A DNA stretch of 57,274 nt, counting the filler, from Sphacelaria rigidula (Eukaryota), in the NCBI GenBank assembly GCA_964200075.2. It is 6 parts of 6 records of this genome, joined end to end, with 100 filler letters (N's around TTAATTAATTAA, not from the genome) between each part and the next. Parts side by side here need not be neighbours in the genome. Positions count along the whole stretch, not along the records: positions 19,127 to 28,589 come from CAXNAA020008443.1; positions 28,690 to 38,152 come from CAXNAA020008444.1; 4 more parts are not named here. One strand, written 5' to 3'. This document shows positions 23,911 through 37,732 of the stretch, piece after piece. The notes beneath the pieces were generated by a model. The model ran no database searches. It was not told where the DNA came from and saw only the letters and a list, made by a program, of their open reading frames with translations. Both the position numbers and the translations under genes were made by a program. The stretch's first letter is position 1. Each line of letters opens with the position of its first letter.

Positions 23911-26900
23911 ATGCTTCCCTGTCGACGTGTGCTATGTACAGCAACATCTTCTACGAAGAAACTGGGAGTTTTGCGTGTTGAACGAACGACTGTGCGTCGT
24001 GGACACCCATCTTCATCTGCGCCACTACAATCATGGTTATCCCCATCCAGCAGCAATTACTCCACCGCGTTCAGAACTCGCGCAATAAGAACCACTCCAG
24101 CTGCACGCAGCAAGCAAGCAAGACCAGTGTCGTCGCCTGTGGCAAGCTCCATACGTACTGCCTCGACGACACCAACAGCGAGAGCTGGCAATACATCAGC
24201 GGCAGCAACAGCATCAGAGGGACTCAGTGCTGCACTTGAAAGTGGGGGCACATCAGCGGCCGCCGCCGCGGCCGCCGGAGGGAAGCAAGGGGTCGGAAGC
24301 AAGCCGGTAGCCGCCTGGCTGTTCGGGACGGCGGGAGCAGTGGCGGTGATGGTGACGGTGGGCGGGATTACCCGCATGACAAAGTCGGGGCTGAGCATGA
24401 CAGACTGGAAAGTTCAGGGATCACTGCCGCCTACTACTGAGGTGATTTCGTTGAAAGATACGGTGACATTGACCGTACTGCACTGAGCAGTGCCGATACG
24501 TGCGGAACAACCTTGGATACTTGGCTCTCGCGAAGACATGCGGAGGCACACAGGACGCGTTCTTGCTCTCTGCCCTATAATGGTGCCCGTAACTCTCGTG
24601 TTCAGTAAGGTTGCAGCGAAACCATGCACATGGTGGGTTACGTGCCCTGCTTGGGTGATCGTCGCCAGTTTTGCTTCCTGGACGTTTCTGGACGCCGTCG
24701 GTATCAACCCGTTCGAGCTTCGCTCACCCTTGGTCAGGACAGAGTGGGGACGCGTTGCTTGGTTGCTGTGTTTGATGTCTCCAATAGGGCTGTCTCTTTG
24801 TTTCTCTGCTGCGTGTACCGTGTCGTCCGTCAAATACAAATACCTCCCCCCTGTCGTCGAATTAGGACGAAATTGAAGAGGTGAAAAATGCGGCGAAACT
24901 GTTTACTTCCGTTGCCTTTCGTTTTGCGCAAAGTCTAGAAGGTCTTTTCTCAGACCAAAGCTGCTGCATGCGGCAGAAGATACAAACCAGCGCCGAGTAA
25001 TCCCCCCCGGTTCAAAGTTGTTCACGCGTTGGTCTTGAGATGAACTGCGCGGTGCGCAATGCTCGATATTCCGAACCGTCGCTCTTGGTGAACCAATCGC
25101 TGTGTGCTTTATTTTGTATTTTGTCCGAACTGGCCGATTGACCACGAACGGAGGAGCTAAAATTCATCGTTTTCGACACCTGCTGGCAGCTCCAAACTGA
25201 CTCTTTTTCAACAACATTTGTGGCAGGATTTCACTTTTTATTTCTCAGTACCGAACAACCGGTTCTTCGTGTCATGGTTCTGGCAATGTGTCGCCAACCA
25301 CTTCGCAAAGGACGGGAACAGTCACGAGAGGTTGATCGATTGCTAGTAACAGCGACATGAATCGGTAGATGCGCTCAGGTGGTTCTGTACAACATAGTCT
25401 CACAAAGTCAAAGTTCCTGCGCGAGAATCTTGGGCTTCTTCCTTTTGATAGCACGAACGTGTACTCTTGTGCAGAGCAGCGCCCGAGGACGAGCGGCCGG
25501 GTCTGCAGCTGACGCAGATATTTGCGGCTTCTTCTTTCAAGGCTGTGAATGATACCGTCATCAGACGGTTTCTTTCAGTTGTTTGGGGGGCAGGAGGGGG
25601 TGTGGGGGGGTGGGAAAGGAGGGGGGACTCATTTGTTACCATGAACCACACATGCTTTGCGAGACGGGGCACCGTTCCTACTCCTATTAGAGACACCATC
25701 AACATTTCGATGCTGTTGATATCTACTCCCTCCTCCTCTTGACTACTGGTAAATCTCTTTCTCCTTTCTGCAGGTCCACATCTCCCGTCCGAAATCGCAG
25801 TTTCAAATTTTCGCCGCGCCCATTGGGCCATGCAGATATCTTGTCATCCCTATCCCCTCTCTCGGCCCCCTGAATATCTTCAGGTGTTCTTCCTCACTTT
25901 TAGGACATTTGACGCGGTTTATGGTCCCCGAGGAGAGGATATCGCCATCAGACGTCTTGAACACTTTACATCACCCCACCCGAGAGGAGTTTATTATATT
26001 TTTTCGATCTGCTTGGCTCCGAGGTACCGGGAATGGCCACTGAGCAAAACCTGAACTGAACAAAAAATGTGGTGTCTGCAGCTCATCCTTCATGCGGCTC
26101 GCCGAACACACCACGGCGCTTCGCGCTTGGTGACTGAGTGCGAGCCTGATCCCTCGAAAATTCGGCNNNNNNNNNNTCCCTCGAACAGTCGGCGTGCGCC
26201 GTCCCGGCTTTGTAGGGACGCGAGGTCAATGGTCTCATGACTATGACATGCATGATCATGAGTACACCCCCCTAGGAAATACACCGCAACAAACGGTCTT
26301 AGTTGCCAGAAGATACCAAGTGTTATTCACGAAGTGTTTATTCACGGTGTGCCTGTAGTGGACGGGATAGCAAGGGAGCTTGCTCAGCCCCCAAGGCCGC
26401 AGGATGAGGTGCCCTGTCACTCCTCGCAGATGACACAAAATAGACGATTTTCACACGGGCTAGAGCATGTATCGAAAGTCAAGTCACCGCTACCGGTGGT
26501 ATACATCTCATACGCGCGAGATCGACCCTTTTCACCTGAGCACGACCAGTTTACACGACAGCAAGAACTTCTTCGCGTTGCTCTTTCGCCCCACAGTCGT
26601 CATCAAGTGAGTTGTGACAGTGTAGTACTCAGTGTCTACGGTGAACTTTGGTTTTATGGCAACACAACTGTCAGGAGCCCTGACGGGGGTCGCAGGGAGC
26701 TTTATCGGAACAGCACTTGGTCGGGCGTCTCCGACCAATTATATATGCCATATGTGTGTGTTTTGCCTTGTAAGACTTTTTTCTTTCGTTTTTTTTCGGG
26801 TGGAGGGGGGGGGGGGGGGGGGGGGGGGGTTTTCCTCCCGAAATTTTCTTTTCCCTTGGGGGGTTCCTTTTTTGGGGGGTTCTTCCATCGCAAATTTCGC

Positions 26901-27391
26901 TTTCCCTTGGGTGTGTCCATCTTGTGACCACAGATGCGATCATGTCGGACTCCTCGTACTGTTCATCAATGTGAGACGACCGATCAATCACGCACGCACG
27001 CACGCACACCTCGCTAGTCGAGGACGGTTCAACTGGCCTTATGTATCCAGACTTGACACGACTTTGATCGTTGTGCTTCGCGGCAGCAATACTAACCATA
27101 TCTGAGAGGGAAAAGAAACGGCCCAGCACATGTCTCTTTCAAGGGATGAATGGGCATACTTTCCGGTGCACGCGCATATGTGCGTGCGAGGTGTATACTT
27201 TGAAGTTTCTCGAACTATGTGTGTTTTGACATTTTGTTTCGGTCAACAACGTTCGAACCCACGGACTATCTGAACGGTCACATGCGCAGGGCGAATGGAG
27301 GGCGGAGTTCGAGCGTTACAAGACGTATCCTGAGTGGCAGCAACGCCAAAACATGACCCTTGAGGAGTTCAAGTACATCTTCTTCTGGGAG
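23911..27391 (+). CDS. COX15: Cytochrome c oxidase assembly protein COX15 (heme A synthase), first two coding exons 23911-24441 and 27290-27391; rest cut off by the linker
   Basis: R/S/T-rich presequence; VTVGGITRMTKSGLSMTDWK..LPPTTE|GEWRAEFERYKTYPEW..MTLEEFKYIFFWE matches the conserved COX15 N-terminal motifs; phase-0 GT-AG intron. Confidence 0.93.
26076..26273 (+). mobile_element. Family A SINE-like 3' fragment in the COX15 intron (another 3' end at 9564-9617)
   Basis: ...GTCCCGGCTTTGTAGGGA.GCGAGGTCAATGGTCT.ATGACTATG.CATGCATGATCATGAGTACACCCCCC. Confidence 0.8.
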
Positions 27392-30300
27392 GTACGTTCC
27401 GGGTCTTTCAAGGAATCAAAGTGGACATCCTTGTGTTATCCTCCAGGCTCCAAGTGTCGAATCCCCCCCCCCCCTCCTCAAGTTCTTGATAGGGTTGTTC
27501 CATGCTTGATATTATGGTTTCGTAGATGGCCACGTTTTCGCGCCTTCAGCCCCGCTCCATATGCAGGAGGGTGAGCGCTTACATCAACGAATACTAGAAT
27601 AACAATCAATGTGAGAATCATCGTACAGTTAGCGGCGAACATTATTTCATTCTGCAGCCGTTATTTTGTTGCCATCAATAGAGGTCTGGTGGGGCGACGG
27701 CTCCCACGTGGAAACTTATATCGAGTCAAAGCTCTTGTCAACGGGGCTCTTACAACAGTGGAGGCATGCTCTTTTGATACATTGATGATTTTGAGGGGGC
27801 TCCGTAGCACGTGGAACGCATGCATCGAAAACAATATTGTTTTGAAGCTTTTCCTTTCTTGTCTCGGCACTAACAACAAATGTACCCACAAAACGACTTT
27901 CGATCACTGCCTAGGTTGTGATGTGCGTCGACGCCCCACACGATCTACAAAACCAGAGAGCACGCAGTGTTGCTTTTGCATGGTCATCATGCGTATTCCT
28001 CTTGTGTGCGCGTGTGCGTGTGTGTGTGTTCTGTCATCTTATCTATTCTGGACGCTAGTCTACACATTTCGGTATATGTGGGAGCATCAGTTGGAGTCAC
28101 ACAGCAGGAAGGTGAACAGAAGAGTTTTTCATTTCTTGTTTTGTTTAAGCATGCCACCTTTCTTCTGCTGTGCTTGCCTTTTTTTTATAGCGCGAGAAGG
28201 GCTCAGCGGTCCTTTTACCCCGGAAGTCGTGAGGTCGAATTTTACGTACCCACGACATGGTCGCTCTCCACCACACCCTGGACAAGGGGTTCTATTGTAA
28301 AACAATGTACGGCGTACAGTATGGGATCTTTTGCCTGTTGCAATAGACGCAATAGTCGATACTGCACGCAGCATATTTTTTGTCAATGTAATCTATTGTC
28401 CAGGGTGTGCTCTCTACCGTTGGGCATGATGTTAGAAAAAAAAACCAAGATCGTGTGACTTCATCGAGATTTTCACACACGTCCCAACCATCATAAGATT
28501 TCACACCCTCGGCAATACTTCCTCTGTCCCATAAGGAAAGTCCGTTATGTTTATACGAGCCCTTAACGGTGTCCGATTTGATTTTCGATNNNNNNNNNNN
28601 NNNNNNNNNNNNNNNNNNNNNNNNNNNNNNNNNTTAATTAATTAANNNNNNNNNNNNNNNNNNNNNNNNNNNNNNNNNNNNNNNNNNNNCCCCCTCTACT
28701 CAACGACCCATGACGCGCCCCCTATACTAAAAACAGTATACTAGTGAACCCCCACACTAAAACCAAGGCAATTCTCATAATAGTTCTCAAATATATCCCA
28801 GAAAACCCGCCAAAATTCCCAATATTCGACACACTATTTCTCAGTAATTACGAATCGGATTCAACTTTGTTTTATTTTAGAGGTATCCTCAAATCCATAG
28901 CTTTTCAACAAGCCTATCGGTAGTATCGTGAGTGACTAGGTTGGCGAGATATGATTTGTACCCCATAAGGACCTTTACTTATGGCACAGAGGAAGTATTA
29001 CTAGAGTGTTTATGCCATAATCTCCAATTATGCCCCCGCTCTTCTCAATAGATGAAAAACGTTCAGTCCATGAGGGCAAACGTCGTGGATGATTATTTGA
29101 GATGAGGCGCATGAAATACAACATAGCACCATTCGGCTAACGTTCACAAAACAGGACCATGGTTGTCGGCCTTTTCGGAAAAGCACTGTCTACTTCTTGA
29201 AAAGACGCTTTGCTTTTTGGCCCGATCTTCACACGCCACCCTCCTCGGGGAGAGTCTTGAGTGATCTTAAGGGATCGACATTTTACCTGCCTTACACCGT
29301 GTTTTCAAGTATTTTCCTGCAGTCCGTCGGTCTCCATCATACTAGTGTTGAAACCACAAAGCAGCAACTTAGCGGCAGCCAGCGTTTAACTTACACCCCC
29401 ATTAGGGCCCGATTCATGACACCCCATTATTTTCGCCTGTTGAAAGCAAATGAATAGTTTTCCCTTCCCGTCGTTGTCCAAGGGAAACTCTATACTCCCT
29501 GCCCCCACAAATGTACAGAGCAGACATCCAGGGCGCTCGCTCTTCTATGCCTGGAGTCTCATTTTGTCGCGGCAGAAGCTTCAAACACTATACGACTAGT
29601 ATTTACCTTGAACATACGGACTTATCCCGGCATTTCTCCGCAAGTACGGGATGGGCTAGCCTAAAAGCGGATCAGTAGGTTGCAGACAGCTTCTCAACTC
29701 AGTTTGGAGAGTTTTGCTTTAAATTTTTGTGTGGGGGATCGCCAGAGCATACTAAAGAAACAACTTGTGGAAAAATTGTGTTTATTTCATAAGTCAAAGA
29801 AAGCAAATATATACACGTTTCACTAATCACTCCTAACTAATGAACTGAAAAACAAGGCCCCCCAAAAGCGTTTCCCATAATGACCTGGTGATTTTCTACA
29901 CCAAATTTCTTGCGTCACTCTCAAAAATGAGGTGAGAACTCCAGATTTACAGGCTGGCTGGCCCAGCCTACATATGGAGCTGTATGTTGTAGGCCATTCA
30001 GCGGCTCGGTTCAGAGAGCTGTGCTTTGAACTTTTGTGCGGAGAATCGCAAGTGCATAATAAAATAGATACTGCGAGGTAATGGTTTTTCTTCATGAGTC
30101 AAGAACATTTCTCACTCTGCCCTTACTGTTCTCCACGCTGAAATTTCAAGTAAGGCGCAACTCTCAAAGCTGAGCTGAGAAATCCAGATCTAGTGTGCAA
30201 TGACCTAAGGGCAAAAAATAAACATCTAAGGTTCACAAAACCCTTCTTAACTCATGAAGGAGAATTACAATCTCAATGTGCCAAATGTATTTTTTTCTTC

Positions 30301-31348
30301 ACATTGCCCTTGCGATTCTCCACGCCAAATTTCAATGCGCAAACTCTCAAAACGGAGACGCGAAATCCATGTTCACTTCATTTCGTGCCTCTCCGCGTGG
30401 TATCTTCAGTGTAGTGTGGAATTTCACTTGCGTCATATCTATAGATAGATAACGGACTGAGTGAAGGCGAGCGTATCGATCTTTTCCCCGTGCTTCAAAA
30501 AGTATTAACACCAAAAACCATCGTTTTCCCCTGTATGTTTCGTTCGGGGCTTCGTATAGACTTTAGCGTGGAGATACCTCCGTACGTCACGCGATTTACC
30601 TTACGAGGGGTTCAATCAACGAAAGAAGAAATTATTGGGCATTTGAGGAAATCAGCGTATGTGTATCGATTAGATCATTATTAAGATGTGCGAATCACAG
30701 CTCAGTTCGTCAGCCTGGATGAGGAATGGCTGTGAGAGATTTATCCATCTTAAAGCTGGGCCAGCTCGCAGAGTCATCCACTCGGGCCATTCCATTAGCG
30801 GTAGAACCGTACACCGTGCGTTGTGGTTGCGAGGCGTTTCGATTACTGGGTGGGGTCTAGCTAGGCGACATACACTACACATACCTCCCCACTCTCCAAC
30901 AAGAGAAGAAACATTGTGCCACACTGAACGATCGTCATCAAATTATGTCTCTTATTCAAATTCCCAGTCAACGACAGACAGGCGGTAAAAGATCCTTCAT
31001 GAAGGGAAACCTCCTCCAGTAAGTATGCCCCTGGATAAGGGTGCCATCGTGATGCATAGGGAGTTCTAAACTATCGCACAACCTCCATTCGATATACCAT
31101 GTCCATCTGGCATATCATTTCCCTTTGGGATATTCAATCTGGTATATGGATATTCATCTATCAGATCCATATGGGACCATGGGATGCGTGCCAGAGGTAT
31201 ATTTTTGGGCTACATGTGGTCATTTCTAGTTTTTTTCCCCCATTTTTTCATCTTTCTTTTGTACTATACTCCTTTGTTTTTTGCGTTATCTTAGTTTATT
31301 TTCTTGTCTACTCGGGTTTTTTTCTACATTTCTTTTCTCGATACACTT

Positions 31349-33998
31349 CACACGCGGCCAATCGGCTCCTACTTGGAAATCACTATCGTGTCTTTAGACG
31401 GCAAAATGGCCCTCTGGACGATAAAGTACCCTCTAGTGGGTCATAACTCCTCTGGAGTGAACAGTACACGAAGTCGCTAAAGGACACGTGATTTTCTTGA
31501 ACACGAAATTTCACTGAGGGTACCTCTGGGCAAATATGGAGAAATAGTCATCTCGAGGATCCACCGATGATGGCCTCTACAGCACTTTCACGCCTGCAGC
31601 GGAAACACCGGTGCAATATCCTCCAGTGTGTAAATTTACCTCTGGAGTTTGCACTACATCAAGCCTCTGGAGGACACTTGTGTCCTCGACAGGCTAGCCA
31701 TCCAATGTTTCTCCAGAGGAGTAACCGATAATGGCCTTCAGGGCGATTTTGCGACTCCAGCTCTCTTGCAGTAGACCACCACACTAAATACCACCCGCTA
31801 TTCATAAGACCATGCAACCCCACACGACTCATTGCTACCGCCGCGACCCTACAGAATAGATCACTAGATAGGCACAGGGACAGATAAACTGCAGTGGTTG
31901 GGTATCATGTGTTAATTTATTTTCGGTGAAAGCTTGAGCCTCTTCCATGGTGGGTATCGGCGACGGGACTAAGTGGTACGGCGCGGATGACCGACTTGCG
32001 TACACTCATGGACAGTGCAGGCGATACAAAGATGCACGTTGATCAAGTCCTTTTCACTTCGCACTGTAAGCAGAAAGTACAGGTAGTCCTGCGCTGTCTG
32101 TACTGCGCTTCGCCAGCGTCTCTTTCACACTAAATAGTACGAAATATGCACACACACTGGCTCACTGTTAGCAACGTGTCTCGCAGCTGACGGCATATTA
32201 TAACACCCCCCAATCCAAACTTGCACGCATGCAAACGGTAGCGATACGTAGCGCATACCGCGTACTCTGCAGTACGGCACCGTACGTTCCTGCACGGTAT
32301 GATTCGGTACAGTACAGCACCATACTGCGCTTTCCCTGGTTCGTATCCCCATCAAATTACAAACCGTGACCAAAACTATTCGATGGCCTTTTGTTCCAAC
32401 TTTTGTTTTGTGCGTATTGATTCCCTGCGTGGTCTAAACCGGCAGAGCGGTCAACAAGATATCGGACCCCCCCGGGCGGGATAGAATCGTTCCTGCGCGG
32501 TGTTGAAATGTCCCACGCGGTCTAACTCAGCAGAACGGTTATGAAGATCGACGGCTACACCAAGACGCCGAGTACTCGGGAAGAGGGACATGGTAATGCG
32601 GCGATCCATCGTGTGAACCACGTTCAGTCCTAGGGTTTTTTAATCCTAGGACTGAGGGGGGGTGCTACGGATCGCGGCATGGCGTGGTGGATAAAGGGTA
32701 GTACGATGATGGGCCGTCGGTTTCAAAACGACGCTACGCCCGGAGGGCTAATTGCGGGAACTGGCTAGTACCGCGATCAGGGGTGAAGGCGATGTAATCC
32801 ATCAAGAGACGGAATACATAAACATGCCTCTTGACATCTGGTTGGATCCGGTTCTTTTCGAGGATCGACTCAATCAGCACCCTGGTGTTCACTTCTTGGA
32901 AGTGTCAAGTTAACACCAAGAGAAAAAGAGAAATTGAATCGACCTGAAGCTGTGACCAAGAAATATCCAGACGCTCGGCTTGTATCGTTCTGAGTTGGAC
33001 TTTTCCACGTGCTATGAGCTCACGATTGATCAGGAGTAACGATAAGACTGTAACGATATTTGATTCAAGCAGTGAGTAGATTTATGAAGGTCGACAAAAT
33101 AGTTAAAACGAACGGTGTGTCAAATGGAATTGTGAAGTGTGTAATTATAAAATCAAAGTAAGTCGTATTTGCATGAGCCAGCGAGTCATCGTAACTTGCC
33201 TTACCGAAATGCTATTGTTGTTCGCTCTAGTACACGGCTTGCACAGTAGAGACACGCAATGCGACAACAACTGTGAACAACACTATTCTGTTTGGAACAA
33301 CAGTGGGGACTGCAGGTCATTTGAAAATGAGGTATTCACAAATATTTCAGATATCAAGTATCACCGACTCTTGCTTATTCGTAGCATGGCCGTGTGTATA
33401 CATACTGGCAGCCAGCATATGGGACTTGTACAGCAGAGGCTGTTGAAAAATCATTGTATTGCACAATTAATATGAATTGGCGAGCAAGACGACGAGGTTT
33501 ATCTGAACAATGTCCGCTGCGCGAATCTCATACACCGACAACAACAGTGCAGTATATGAGATTCGTAAAGCAGATGTTGTTCGACATAAATCCTCGTCGT
33601 GCCCAATTAAATGAATGGGGCAAAACGAGATTACATTGTAGAAATGCCATTTACCGGGTATACTGTATTTGCCTAATTAAAAAAATGGGCAAAACGAGGA
33701 TATATTCCAAACAAGCTCCGCTGTACAAATCCCTATATATATGCTGTATCAAGTACGGGATTTCCACAGCACGAGTGCCTTCAGAAACAATCCAGAGGAT
33801 TCCGATGGTGACACAGACCCTCGAGAGAGACCCCAATGTTGAAAATCCTCTAGAGGGAGACTCCGAAGTTGAAAACCCTCTACGAGCAGGGGGTTGAAAA
33901 TGTCTAAGATCCTCGAGTGGTGATTTTCAAAACGGACGGACCCGATTGGGAAATCCACCAGAGGACTTCGACACTTGTCGGATTAATGGCCGCGTGTG
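31349..33998. mobile_element. Possible CAC-terminated DNA transposon derivative with CTCTGGAG-type subterminal repeats
   Basis: CACACGCGGCCA at 31349 and TGGCCGCGTGTG at 33998. Clustered CCTCTGGAG/CTCTAGAGG/CTCGAG motifs at 31410-31760 and 33790-33965. A short relative lies at 55636-56014. Confidence 0.5.
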
Positions 33999-34663
33999 TT
34001 TTCTTTAGCGAGTGTTTCACTTTTCTTTTATTTCGGTTACGTCTACCATGTGACTACGGCTCTTTCCCTGGGGGCTCATTTACAGTAAAGTACGACGATC
34101 GATCAAATCATCAATGAACCTGGGATGTGGATATCCGTGTAAGTATCGAACCCTCTCTTCAGTCGTTTAGATCTTCAATTTTACCCTCTACTGCCTGGCT
34201 CCGAGGGATACTCTATATACTATAATACTACAAATGATCAACATTTACAGGCAGAACTCCATCTCCACTTTTATCTTAGCAATGCCTATGAGTGAACAGT
34301 ACGTTGGTGCCATTTCGCCGACCCTTGAGAGATACATGGGAAGCCAAACGAGGGGGTGTTCGTGCGAGCATGGACTGTAGTGTTGGTACGGCACAGAACA
34401 GTCCAGCGCAGCAACAATATGAATCGCGAGAATGAACTACCGTGATGTTCCGCCGTACTGTAGTGATCACAGGTAGCAGGTACGAACAACTACTTCTACT
34501 TGTGGTACCAGAGCATCATGATGAGTCAGAACTAAAGCAGCATACTCGAGTGATATGGTTGTAGCGGAGCTACGTAGACGAGGCTGACTTCAGCAGAGCG
34601 TGCGGGCTGCGACGCCCTGCGGCTGTCTGCAGTGCTAAACGTACCATCCAAACCTGGACACAC

Positions 34664-34771
34664 CTCGATCTCAAGCGATAGTGATACGAGCTGATCTTTC
34701 ACTGCACTGTACGGAGCAGCTGCAGAGGAGGGTCGGGAGCCCCGTATCAATTCCTGAGAGGTCGCTGCCAT
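34664..34771 (-). CDS. Possible coding exon of an uncharacterised (coiled-coil?) protein
   Basis: ATG with A at -3, MAATSQELIRGSRPSSAAAPYSAVKDQLVSLSLEIE, then a GTGTGT donor. Further exons not found. Confidence 0.35.
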
Positions 34772-35755
34772 GATGTCTCCTTCGATGACGTGGGCACAAG
34801 GAATCTGGAGGCGATGATGTTCGGAAAGATCTCGACGACCAAGATCGTGATCCCGACTAAGAAAATGTCATTTTCCATCCACGTTGTTGTGTCTACGATA
34901 TTCTCCATGAACCGACGACATGGAAATTTTCAAGAAAGACAAAGGGACTCTGCAGCTGACATATACATTGAGAATCATATATTCTCCACCCGGGGAGTAA
35001 AGTGTTTGTGGTATCGCATTTTGTTTTAAATGCGTCTTTTGATCGCCGGTCTGAAAGCGGGCCGGTACAGCCGGTAAACAATACGGCTAGATACTGCGCT
35101 GCAGTGTGAATCTATCGCATTATCTTGCCCACTTCCAGGGTGGCTGGCTGAGAAGAGTCACCAAGTACAGATATTGTACGGGAAAGATCGAGTTGTCATT
35201 GAATTCGAAGAAGTTGGCTCAAGATTAGGATTAGGCAACCGCCCATCTGCAGTAAAAACGTCACCCGCAGCAGCAGTAAATCGATCTACAGTACAGAAAC
35301 AGCACTGGTGTCGCCCACCTCAACACTCGCGCCAAATCGCCGTACTGCCTAAAGATGGCGAAGAGGAGTAGACTATGCATCACAACCAGCAGCGAAGGAC
35401 CGGTGGATTCGTCATTCGACATATGCACTCACAAGGATAATCGCGGTGAGTAGAGCATAATGATGGTACTGATATGATTCGAGCTGAAAAATTCGCTGCG
35501 TTGAATCCCCTCGTGTACATCGCTTTCGACACTGAGGGTGTTTCCTGGAAGCACTTGCCTCACGGACCAACGCCGACCCCGGACGCGCTGCTGTGTTTCT
35601 TGCGCCCTAGTGTTGTACAAGAACGTTGCCACCTTCGAAATTGTTTTAAGGGTGTTGCGATGTTGCTGTGCGAACCGCAGATCGGCTCTTTTATTCGCAA
35701 AACATACGTACGTCACGAAATGGATTCGGCACGCTAACCCTTACTAGCCAGCGTG

Positions 35756-37731
35756 TATAAACAGCCGATTCTAATTTTGGGGTTGGACACCAAGATGAGG
35801 TTCAACCCCAATTCGAAGAATCGAGAACTCGCGCCAAAGAGTATCACCACGGGAAAACATTTTCGCAAGCAGAGTTTCTGTTGCAGCTACGCCGGTCTAG
35901 TTAGGTGCACCAAGTGAATACGGTGCACACGCGTGTCGATGACGATATCACCAGAGGAGCAACGGCGGAGAGGAAGCTCTCCGTCGGTGTCCTTTGTGTG
36001 TCCTCGTCACGCGATTCCCGACCACTGCAGAGGTTGGCATCATGTTATAGTAGCAGCACATACCCAGGTTGCCATGTGTGGGCAGGCGAGTTATTGTAGC
36101 ACAGTCCCGGAAACAAGATCGCGGGATGTCCCAGTTATCGTCTCCTATCTGTGGCGCTGACCAATGCGAAGATTGCATTATCTCTGCCTCTCTTCTTGGA
36201 CAGGAAGTGCCTCTGCGCGCAGTAGAACACGTCGTCGAAAAGCAGGGTGATGTTCCCGTCACCGCTACTGTTCTCTCATACACACATGCGAGCAAGGATA
36301 GCTGCGCCCTTGCGGCAAGATCTAATATTCGGAAGCTGGGGGGCTGTTATTGCAGTCGTTGATTTCATCCGACGTCTGCGAAACGAGGACAACGTCCAGT
36401 CTGCCACATCCCAGTGGTGAGGGGCTGGATGTATTAGGGATCAAATATTCCGTAGATCTTCTGGGTATGCGGAGTGAAAAAAGATGCCTCGTGCGGGTGA
36501 CTGAGCTCTTGCTGGCGTGACCAAAATGGGGGCTGAGAACGTGTGATTGAGCCTCTCTGCTGTCGACCGGTTGCATGCATGGTGTGTATGTCGGGGGGTA
36601 TCTGTCGCAAGAAATTGTCATGTGAGGAGAGTCATACTAAGCTGAGGCGAGATATGGTTAGGAGCAGGGGTGTCCTATGAGAAACCACCTGCCATTGCAT
36701 TCCTGACCCGCGCCGTCAAGCGCTGACCAGGAAGGTCTTGCTGAGAGCAGCTTTCGAGCAACGACAGCAGTAGGCAGTCGGTTCAGCCCGAAATATTACT
36801 ACAACTTCGTTGCTGCATGTACTGCCTGCCTGTAGCTATTCGATTGTACAAGCCTTGTGAGGGAGAAGGCTAGTCGTATCAGAATCTTGATCGGTTGGAT
36901 CGAAACGGCTCTAGAGAAACATTGCCGCCCCCCCAGAAAGTTTTATTCGAATTAAATTCACCCTTTTGCAATCGCAATGCGTTTTCTAGGAGACAAATTC
37001 AATTTCGAACATGAACGGGTCCACTGCAGTTCGGTTCTATACTGATCGCTCTATGCAGATTCCAGAAACGCTTGATGAAATTATTCGTACGGATGCTCGA
37101 ACGGCTGACCGAACCCATCTCTTGCACTGTTCTCTCAGCTTGCGAGCACGGTTTTGACTTAACCTATCAAGGTTCTAATATGATTACCCTCCTCTCTCGC
37201 AGGGCTTGTACAATCGGATTGCTACAGGCAGGCAGTACATGCAGCAATGAAGTTGCAGTAATATTCTGGGCTGAACCGACTGCCTACTGTCATTGCTCGA
37301 AAGCTTTTCTCAGACAAGACCTTCCGAGTCAGCGCTTAACGGCACGGTTTAGGAATGCAATGGCAGGTGGTTAATCATAGGACACCCCTGTTCCTAACCA
37401 TATCTCGCCTCAGCTTAGGATGACTCTCCTCACATGACAGCTTTTTGCGACAGACACCCCCCCGACACACAATGCTCCGTCTCAAAAGGGATGCGTGGTC
37501 AATGGTCAATGTACAAATGACCAAGGCAAGCAACACATGAGTACGCCCACCCCCGACACACACACCATGCACGCGACCGGTTGACAGCAGAGAAGCTCAC
37601 CTACAGCATCTCAGCCCCCATTTCGGCCACGCCAGCAAGAGCTCAGTTACCCACACGAGATTTGTTTTTCACTCCGCATACCAAGGAGGTCTACACGAGT
37701 ATATGATATCTAAAACATCCACCCCCCCCCC
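35756..37731. mobile_element. Second cassette plus fold-back element (cassette 35756-36420; arms 36420-36912 and 37141-37731)
   Basis: Cassette homologous to 2018-2760. The two ~490-bp arms are reverse complements; the right arm carries a LINE 3'-end insertion. Confidence 0.85.
37472..37554 (+). mobile_element. Extremely 5'-truncated LINE 3' end with 13-bp TSD
   Basis: TSD CCCCCGACACACA at 37459-37471 and 37550-37562. The opposite arm (36575-36610) shows the empty site. Confidence 0.88.
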
Positions 37732-37732
37732 C

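Noticed and set aside
28503-29010. Inverted repeats (CAC.CT.G.AATACTTCCTCTGT.CCATAAG) either side of the third linker, suggesting pieces 3 and 4 are contiguous
   Set aside because: The next COX15 exon was not found in piece 4. A common MITE family can give this by chance.
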